Origin: Candidatus Heimdallarchaeota archaeon
GTDB taxonomy: Archaea; Asgardarchaeota; Heimdallarchaeia; Hodarchaeales; Hodarchaeaceae
DNA length: 13,227 bases
Direction of reading: 5' to 3'
NCBI GenBank assembly: GCA_020351745.1
Contig: CP070665.1
Span: 1,137,544 to 1,150,770, forward strand
Positions 1 to 5,654 of this stretch are shown here, piece by piece (the stretch's first letter is position 1; each line of letters starts with the position of its first letter). The position numbers and the translations under genes were made by a program. The notes below the pieces were generated by a model. It was not told the origin of the DNA. It did no database searches and saw only the letters and a list, made by a program, of their open reading frames with translations.

Positions 1-2
1 CA

Positions 3-512
3 CTAGATGAAGATATTGCTCGGGAGGTTACCTCGCTGTATACTGAAGCGTACTTTGATACATTTATTCAACAACTTTTTGCTTGGGAAACTTGGGATCT
101 TTTCTTCCATTTAATCATTCCAGTTGTAGCTATCACCACAATTTCACTCGTTCTTTACGTTCGATTAGTAAGGTCTGGATTACTAGAAATAATAAGACAA
201 GACTACATTTTATCTTCCCTAGCATATGGTTTTCCACAAAGAACAATAATCTGGAGACATGCTATTCAAAATGTTATGATTCCTATTGTAACATATATAG
301 GCCTAAGTATTGGTGGTCTGCTCGGAGGAGCTCCCATAACGGAGACAACTTTAGGCTGGCCTGGCCTTGGAAGGTATGCAGTAGGACGGTTTCTACAATA
401 TGACTACCCAGTAGTCATGGGTTTAATCATGGTAACAGCGGTTTTGATATTACTAGCAAACCTCTTTACGGATATCTTATATACTATCATTGATCCAAGA
501 GTTTCCCTTTAA
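3..512 (+). CDS. Dpp/Opp-class ABC transporter permease (DppB/OppB-like), 5' end outside the window
   Basis: Frame 3 is open from position 3 to TAA at 510-512; the ORF track only shows the part from the internal Met at 276. My translation reads ...HLIIPVVAITTISLVLYVRLVRSGLLEIIRQDYILSSLAYGFPQRTIIWRHAIQNVMIPIVTYIGLSIGGLLGGAPITETTLGWPGLGRY...DYPVVMGLIMV...DILYTIIDPRVSL. This follows the C-terminal half of DppB/OppB permeases (EAA-loop region, GGxxxxExxFxWPGLG, DYP, DPR tail). Confidence 0.9.
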   Translation, partial: LDEDIAREVTSLYTEAYFDTFIQQLFAWETWDLFFHLIIPVVAITTISLVLYVRLVRSGLLEIIRQDYILSSLAYGFPQRTIIWRHAIQNVMIPIVTYIGLSIGGLLGGAPITETTLGWPGLGRYAVGRFLQYDYPVVMGLIMVTAVLILLANLFTDILYTIIDPRVSL

Positions 513-585
513 CAGCTCATTATAGAATAGAGGTCATTAAAATGTTTGAATCGAGAACACAAAGAAGAAAAAAGAAATTGTTAAG
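276..585 (+). repeat. Dispersed direct repeat, parent segment A (DppB-like 3' end + spacer + DppC-like 5' end); partner at 5101-5410
   Basis: Hand alignment. The coding part is about 89 percent identical. The spacer plus first 21 nt of the next gene (513-562 vs 5338-5387) show 1 mismatch in 50. A 54-nt run is perfectly identical (324-377 vs 5149-5202). Confidence 0.85.
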
Positions 586-2005
586 AAAAAAATATAAAAA
601 AGCAGAAGAACTTTCAGGTAGTCAACTTGCTATTGCTTTTCGACGGTTCAGGAAGAATAAGGCAGGATTGCTGGGATTAATTCTCTCATCTGGGGTAATC
701 CTACTAGCCCTTTTAGCGGATGTTCTCGCGCCTTATGACCCATCTACTTATTTCTTGATCCACTATCCAGGTTATGTTCCTTCATATCAACCCCCTGGTG
801 TGAAAGAAGGGGCAGAACTTTATGATTATACGAACTATGTGTTTAATCCAGGCTTTGAGCTTCCCCTAAGTGAATGGTCATTTGATTGGCAAATAATAAA
901 TCTGAACACCTCTGGAATTCCTAGTGAAATAAAACATGGGACGTACGCTGCTCAGGGTTCTAGTCAAAGAGGAGCTATGTCTCAAGATATCACTGCATTT
1001 AATGACCTTTTCTTTACGGAATTATCATTTGAAGCCTATCTTGCTGGACCTGATCCTGCCACTCTATCTATCAGTTTTACCGACGAAGATGGTAATGAAG
1101 ATCAAATAGATCTTACTTTCAGTGAGAGTAATAGCTGGGAATCCGTGGTACTCGCTTTACAAGATGACCATGGACTGAAAGTTCGAAAGGAGAAACAAGA
1201 GTCCATAACAATGTCTTTAAATGTCAATTCTGGCTCAGATGTTATTGTTGATAACTTCGAACTCATTGGAGGAAAATATTTCAAAAATGTGCATTATATG
1301 GGCACTAACTATAAATCTGAAGACTTATTTGCCAGATTAGTACATGGAGCTCGTATCTCCCTCTTGGTTAGTTTTGGTGCAATTATCATATCCTTAATCA
1401 TCGGTCTTCCATTAGGTCTAATGGCTGGATATTACCGAGGAAGAATGGATGAAGTCATAATGAGATTGACAGACGTATTTTTGACTTTACCTTTTTATTT
1501 TGTAATGATCCTTGCGATCGTAGTAATCCAAAACACTCAATGGGTAGACAATCTATTAATCGAGATGGGGCTTAGTACTCAGGTTATTCTTGTTGCTGTA
1601 ATGGTTGGCCTTGGTATATTTGGGTGGATGGGGATCACACGCCTTGTCCGTGCAACTATCTTCCAAATTCGTGAATCGGATTATGTAGAAGCAGCACGTT
1701 GTATCGGGGCATCCAATCGGAGGATTATGGTAGTTCACATCCTTCCTAATGTTTTAGCTCCTTTGATAGTCGTTGTTACTTTGGGTTTATCAGCCAACAT
1801 CCTAGTGGAAGCAGGTCTTGCATTTCTTGGTTTCACTACTGAAGATCTTTCTAGCTGGGGTCGTGAGCTTAGTAATGGATTTGATTATGCTACAGTAGCT
1901 TGGTGGTCAGTATTTTTCCCCGCGATCCTTATTATAATAGCAGTTATGTCTTTTAATCTATTGGGTGACGGTTTGCGGGATGCATTTGATCCTCGGTTAC
2001 GATAA
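542..2005 (+). CDS. Dpp/Opp-class ABC transporter permease (DppC/OppC-like) carrying a large extracytoplasmic insertion
   Basis: 487-aa ORF with a GAGGT Shine-Dalgarno about 8 nt upstream of the ATG. The C-terminal ~230 aa match the DppC/OppC pattern (GARISLLVSF..., VEAARCIGASNRRIMVVHILPNV, EAGLAFLGF, SWG, FNLLGDGLRDAFDPRLR). A basic N-terminus and TM1 (GLLGLILSSGVILLALLADVLAPY) are followed by a ~200-aa loop, where typical homologues have ~40-50 aa. Confidence 0.9.
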   Translation: MFESRTQRRKKKLLRKKYKKAEELSGSQLAIAFRRFRKNKAGLLGLILSSGVILLALLADVLAPYDPSTYFLIHYPGYVPSYQPPGVKEGAELYDYTNYVFNPGFELPLSEWSFDWQIINLNTSGIPSEIKHGTYAAQGSSQRGAMSQDITAFNDLFFTELSFEAYLAGPDPATLSISFTDEDGNEDQIDLTFSESNSWESVVLALQDDHGLKVRKEKQESITMSLNVNSGSDVIVDNFELIGGKYFKNVHYMGTNYKSEDLFARLVHGARISLLVSFGAIIISLIIGLPLGLMAGYYRGRMDEVIMRLTDVFLTLPFYFVMILAIVVIQNTQWVDNLLIEMGLSTQVILVAVMVGLGIFGWMGITRLVRATIFQIRESDYVEAARCIGASNRRIMVVHILPNVLAPLIVVVTLGLSANILVEAGLAFLGFTTEDLSSWGRELSNGFDYATVAWWSVFFPAILIIIAVMSFNLLGDGLRDAFDPRLR

Positions 2006-2054
2006 TTGGTAATGAGAGATCCATTCAAAGAAAGTTAAATTGGAGTGATCAGTA

Positions 2055-3095
2055 TTGACTATAACAGAACAGAGTATTAGAGAAGACGACATTGGAATTT
2101 CCAATCAAGACGATGATATTCTTGTTAGAGTAAAAGATCTGACAACCTATTTTTACACAGAATTTGGCATTGTCAGAGCAGTTGAAGGCGTTTCGTTCCA
2201 CATAAAGAAAGGAGAGTTTTTTGGTTTAGTAGGTGAATCTGGTTGTGGGAAAACTGTGACAGCACTGTCCTGTTTAAATCTAGTTAGATTTCCAGGAATC
2301 ATAGAAGGAGGAGAGGTCTATTATAAGGGAACAGATGTTTTAAAGCTTAAAGACAAAGATATTAGAAAGATACGGGGAGCAGAAATTTCCATGATTTTTC
2401 AGGACCCCCTCTCGTCTCTAAATCCTGTATTCACTGTTGGAGAACAGATAGCAGAGGTAATCAGGCTGCATGAAGATATTAAAAAAGATGAGGCGAAAGA
2501 AAGGGCAATCAAATTAATGAAAGAAGTGGGAATTCCGCTAGCGAAAGAACGAGTTGATGATTATCCTCATCAGTTTAGTGGCGGTATGCGACAACGTGTA
2601 ATGATTAGTAGGGCTTTATCCTGCAATCCCACTTTACTTATTGCAGATGAACCGACAACTGCACTTGATGTTACGATTCAAGCTCAGATCCTCGAAATAA
2701 TTCGTGGGTTACAGAAGAATTATGGCATGTCTGTTCTATTAATTACCCACAACCTTGGTATAATTGCAGAAAATTGCCAACGGGTTGGTGTGATGTATGG
2801 GGGTCATATAGTTGAAACAGCTTCAGTTAAAACAATTTACAAAGACCCACGCCACCCCTATACTCAAGCTTTGATGGCTGCTATTCCACGACTCGATTTA
2901 ACCATAGACAAACTACAAACTTTACCTGGTAGCGTACCTGACCTAATTGAACCACCAACGGGTTGCAGATTTCATCCAAGGTGTTCATACGCTACAAGTA
3001 AATGTGCAGAGGAAGTTCCTCCCTTAGAGACGTGGACCCCTGATCATGATGTAGCATGCCACCACCATGAAGAGATCAATGCATCAAAGGATTGA
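2055..3095 (+). CDS. Dpp/Opp-class ABC transporter ATP-binding protein (DppD/OppD-like)
   Basis: TTG start preceded by GGAGTGATC (SD-like). Walker A GESGCGKT, signature FSGGMRQR, Walker [14 protein letters not shown]-loop ITHNL. C-terminal oligopeptide-transporter extension [14 protein letters not shown] and GCRFHPRC...C...C. Confidence 0.93.
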   Translation: MTITEQSIREDDIGISNQDDDILVRVKDLTTYFYTEFGIVRAVEGVSFHIKKGEFFGLVGESGCGKTVTALSCLNLVRFPGIIEGGEVYYKGTDVLKLKDKDIRKIRGAEISMIFQDPLSSLNPVFTVGEQIAEVIRLHEDIKKDEAKERAIKLMKEVGIPLAKERVDDYPHQFSGGMRQRVMISRALSCNPTLLIADEPTTALDVTIQAQILEIIRGLQKNYGMSVLLITHNLGIIAENCQRVGVMYGGHIVETASVKTIYKDPRHPYTQALMAAIPRLDLTIDKLQTLPGSVPDLIEPPTGCRFHPRCSYATSKCAEEVPPLETWTPDHDVACHHHEEINASKD

Positions 3096-4120
3096 ATTCA
3101 ATAATGACAATAAGTAATCAGACCTCCAGTGAAACCATTTTAGAAACAAAAAATTTGAAGAAATTGTTTCCTGTTTATGTTAAAGGAGTTGTAAGGTCAA
3201 CCTTAGTTGGATATATACGAGCTGTCGATGATATCACTATAAAGATAAGGAAAGGGGAAGTTTTTGGCTTAGTTGGTGAATCTGGCTGTGGAAAAACAAC
3301 TTTTGGTCGTGTTGTCCTCAACTTGCTCTCTCCAACTAGTGGAGATGCTATTTTTGACGGTCAGAGAATCTTTGATATGAGGGATAGAAAAGAAATACTC
3401 TGGTTTCGTAAACAAGCTCAATTAATTTTTCAAGATCCTTACCTTTCTTTGAATCCCCGTATGTCTGTAAGTGAAATCATTGGAGAAGTATTTGTAATTC
3501 ACTCAAGAGGTATGTCTAAACAAGAACGACGAGAACGAGTAGTAAAACTCCTTAATCTTTGTGGCCTAGAGGACTACCACGCTTTACGGTATCCTCACGA
3601 ATTCAGTGGTGGGCAACGTCAACGGATAGGTATTGCCCGTTCCTTGGCAGTTGAACCCCAGTTAATTGTTGCTGATGAACCCGTGTCCGCTTTAGACGTT
3701 GCGGTTCAGGCTCAGATTCTCAACCTGCTGAAAGATATCAGAAAGCGCTTCAACCTCACATATATCTTTATTGCTCACGATTTAAGTGTTGTTAGGCACA
3801 TCAGTGATCGAATTGCCGTGATGTACCTCGGAAAGATTGTAGAGCTTGCACCTGGTGAAGATTTCGTCAGAAATCCACGACACCCGTATACAGAAGCCCT
3901 GATCTCAGCTATTCCTATTCCAGACCCCACTCTAGATAGAAAACAAATAATTTTACCCGGAGATGTCGCAAGTCCATTGAATGTCCCATCAGGATGCAGA
4001 TTCAGAACAAGATGCATCTACGCAAAACAAAAATGCACTGAAATTGAACCTCCATTTGAAGAAATCTCCCCTGACCACTTCGTATCCTGTCATTATCCAG
4101 TTGAAACTAAGTTGTTCTAA
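3092..4120 (+). CDS. Dpp/Opp-class ABC transporter ATP-binding protein (DppF/OppF-like)
   Basis: Overlaps the upstream stop by 4 nt if the TTG at 3092 is used; the ATG at 3104 is an alternative start. Walker A GESGCGKT, signature FSGGQRQR, Walker B LIVADEPVSALD, H-loop IAHDL. C-terminal PRHPYTEALISAIP and GCRFRTRC...C...C. Confidence 0.93.
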   Translation: MNSIMTISNQTSSETILETKNLKKLFPVYVKGVVRSTLVGYIRAVDDITIKIRKGEVFGLVGESGCGKTTFGRVVLNLLSPTSGDAIFDGQRIFDMRDRKEILWFRKQAQLIFQDPYLSLNPRMSVSEIIGEVFVIHSRGMSKQERRERVVKLLNLCGLEDYHALRYPHEFSGGQRQRIGIARSLAVEPQLIVADEPVSALDVAVQAQILNLLKDIRKRFNLTYIFIAHDLSVVRHISDRIAVMYLGKIVELAPGEDFVRNPRHPYTEALISAIPIPDPTLDRKQIILPGDVASPLNVPSGCRFRTRCIYAKQKCTEIEPPFEEISPDHFVSCHYPVETKLF

Positions 4121-4151
4121 ATTCTGAGTGAAGATTATCTAATAGGTTTGA

Positions 4152-4604
4152 GTGATGACTGGATTCCAGAAAAATAATGAACAGGTAGTAGAGAAAACTC
4201 CTACAAATAAGGAATCAGAGATTAAAAGTGTAATTTACCCCCAGCTTGAACCACTATCGTTTAGTGATTTTCTGCGAAAAATTGGGATGGGATTATTATT
4301 GTCCTTTCTTCCTGCTTTTGTTTATTCACTGGTATCGGGTAGTAAATTACCTGCAGCTTGGGCAATCTCACTCCTGATAGTTGCTGGTATCTATTTTCTT
4401 ATAGGTGGGTGTAGTGATCTAACTCAAACCTCTGCTAAAAAAAGTCTAAACCAATATTTAGCAACAGTTGATCGTACAGGAAAGAGAGACGAAAAATTCA
4501 AGTACAATGTAGGTTTTTTTCAGTTTGGCAAGAATTATGAATATATAGCAGCAGCTATCTGTTTATTTGCAATCTCATTCTTGATTTCAAGTATGTCAGG
4601 TTAA
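4152..4604 (+). CDS. Hypothetical small membrane protein (about 3 predicted TM helices), last gene of the transporter cluster
   Basis: 150-aa ORF 31 nt after the second ATPase gene on the same strand. GTG 4152 or ATG 4155, with AGGT about 7-10 nt upstream. Hydrophobic stretches GMGLLLSFLPAFVYSLV, AAWAISLLIVAGIYFLIGG and YIAAAICLFAISFLISS. I recognise no family. Its 3' end is also present in the degenerate second operon copy. Confidence 0.6.
   Translation: MMTGFQKNNEQVVEKTPTNKESEIKSVIYPQLEPLSFSDFLRKIGMGLLLSFLPAFVYSLVSGSKLPAAWAISLLIVAGIYFLIGGCSDLTQTSAKKSLNQYLATVDRTGKRDEKFKYNVGFFQFGKNYEYIAAAICLFAISFLISSMSG
4483..4604 (+). repeat. Dispersed direct repeat, parent segment B (3' end of the 150-aa membrane protein gene); partner at 5408-5525
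   Basis: Hand alignment, roughly three-quarters identical with one 2-nt indel. Homology ends at the stop codon in both copies. Confidence 0.7.
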
Positions 4605-4783
4605 GCTATCGCAAAAATCCTACGTATTAAACTCACAGTTGGTAGATAAAATACTTTTAGATCCCCGTGGCACAAACAGCCGAGGACATTCAAGATAGTA
4701 ATTCTACAGAATTCTTAAAATGAATTGCGAGAAAGTTCTTTTCTGAGTATTTCTTTATGAAATATTTTTTCTGATTATAATAG

Positions 4784-5104
4784 GTGGAGTTATTGACAAA
4801 TGAAAGCACCACTAAATCTAGTAACATAAGGATTTTCTGGATTTTAATCATTATTAGTGCTGTTTCAGGAATATGGGGTTTCTTTTATCCAGGTAGGTTA
4901 GCACAGAGGACTGGACTCCAATTACTAAATATAAGAATATCATCGCCTTTCGTCCTTATTGTGGTGCTATCTATTTCATTAACAATCCTAATAATAGGTA
5001 TTTTAAAGGATTGGGAGTTGCAAATTAGATCAAACATAACGATTCATTCAAGAGAGATATTACTCTTCGGACGCTTCCTTGTTTTCTTAGCTGCTTTCTC
5101 GTGA
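4784..5104 (+). CDS. Hypothetical small membrane protein (weakly supported ORF)
   Basis: 106-aa ORF with hydrophobic segments (IRIFWILIIISAVSGIWGFFY, FVLIVVLSISLTILIIGIL, LLFGRFLVFLAAF). AGGTGGAG overlaps the annotated GTG start, so an in-frame TTG at 4793 may be the real start. No recognisable family and no similarity to anything else in the window. Its stop overlaps the GTG of the following 78-codon ORF (GTGA). Confidence 0.35.
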   Translation: MELLTNESTTKSSNIRIFWILIIISAVSGIWGFFYPGRLAQRTGLQLLNIRISSPFVLIVVLSISLTILIIGILKDWELQIRSNITIHSREILLFGRFLVFLAAFS

Positions 5105-5337
5105 TTCCTGTTATAACGTATATAGGCTTAAGCATTGGTGGTTTGCTAGGAGGAGCTCCCATAACGGAGACAACTTTAGGCTGGCCTGGCCTTGGAAGGT
5201 ATACAGTAACACGGATCGTCGAATGTGACTACCCAGTCGCCATGGGTTTAATTATGGTAACAGCGATTTTGATATTACTAGCGAACCTCTTTACGGATAT
5301 CTTATATACAGTCATTGATCCAAGAGTTTCACTTTGA
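5101..5337 (+). pseudogene. Truncated paralogous copy of the DppB-like permease 3' end (last 78 codons, reading frame intact)
   Basis: Colinear with 276-512, about 26 nucleotide differences in 240 nt by my hand alignment. 67/78 residues are identical to the C-terminus of the 3-512 CDS. Homology stops abruptly upstream of 5101, so the EAA loop and all N-terminal TMs are missing. Confidence 0.7.
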
Positions 5338-5366
5338 CAGCTTATTATAGAATAGAGGTCATTAAA

Positions 5367-5402
5367 ATGTTTGAATCGAGAACACAACAAGGAAAAAAGT
5401 AA
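5367..5402 (+). pseudogene. Remnant of the 5' end of a DppC-like permease gene (11 codons, then TAA)
   Basis: ATGTTTGAATCGAGAACACAA is identical to 542-562. The same spacer and GAGGT SD lie upstream. The frame reads MFESRTQQGKK and stops at 5400-5402. Confidence 0.65.
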
Positions 5403-5407
5403 TTGTT

Positions 5408-5525
5408 AGAGAGGAGAAATTCAAGTAAAATGTCTTTTTTTCAGCTGGCCTGGAATTATGAATATATAGCTACAGCTATCTGTTTGTATGCGATGTCAAT
5501 TTTCATTTCAAACATACCAAGTTAG
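5408..5525 (+). pseudogene. Remnant of the 3' end of a paralogue of the 150-aa membrane protein gene
   Basis: Colinear with 4483-4604 and ends at the equivalent stop codon. TAC 4503-4505 corresponds to TAA 5426-5428, and there is a 2-nt indel just before the T7 run. The residual in-frame stretch NYEYIATAICLYAMSIFISNIPS compares with NYEYIAAAICLFAISFLISSMSG. Confidence 0.6.
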
Positions 5526-5547
5526 TAATTCAACAACATCTGTTAAA

Positions 5548-5593
5548 TATCGTAGTAGATTGTCATTTGGATCAAATCGTTTCTACTGCGATA
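5548..5593. other. Inverted repeat / potential RNA hairpin (12-bp stem, 22-nt loop)
   Basis: TATCGTAGTAGA (5548-5559) pairs with TCTACTGCGATA (5582-5593): 11 Watson-Crick pairs plus one G-U on the + strand RNA. It lies between the operon remnant and the FtsX-type permease gene. Confidence 0.4.
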
Positions 5594-5654
5594 AATAGGA
5601 CAGAAAAAACAGAATTTCAGCTATCGAAAGATAAATATACTATTTTACTGAGAA

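Noticed and set aside
83-403. 106-aa ORF in the + strand track
   Set aside because: It is out of frame with, and fully inside, the DppB-like CDS. That CDS is open in frame 3 from position 3 and has strong family similarity. The 106-aa translation is low-complexity and resembles nothing.
1102-1738. Antisense ORFs 1102-1284 and 1556-1738 (-)
   Set aside because: These are 60-aa shadow ORFs inside the well-supported DppC-like CDS, with no start-site signals or recognisable product.
3775-4017. Antisense 80-aa ORF (-) inside the second ATPase gene
   Set aside because: It is a shadow ORF opposite a highly conserved ABC ATPase coding region.
5430-5525. 31-codon micro-ORF (MSFFQLAWNYEYIATAICLYAMSIFISNIPS)
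   Set aside because: It is the residual in-frame tail of the decayed paralogue of the 150-aa gene. The ATG appears fortuitous, lying downstream of a nonsense codon and a 2-nt indel, so I do not call it a gene.
5101-5525. Possibility that the duplicated block is a mobile element or IS remnant
   Set aside because: There is no transposase or integrase ORF, no terminal inverted repeats and no target-site duplication. The content is purely transporter-operon sequence, so segmental duplication plus deletion explains it.
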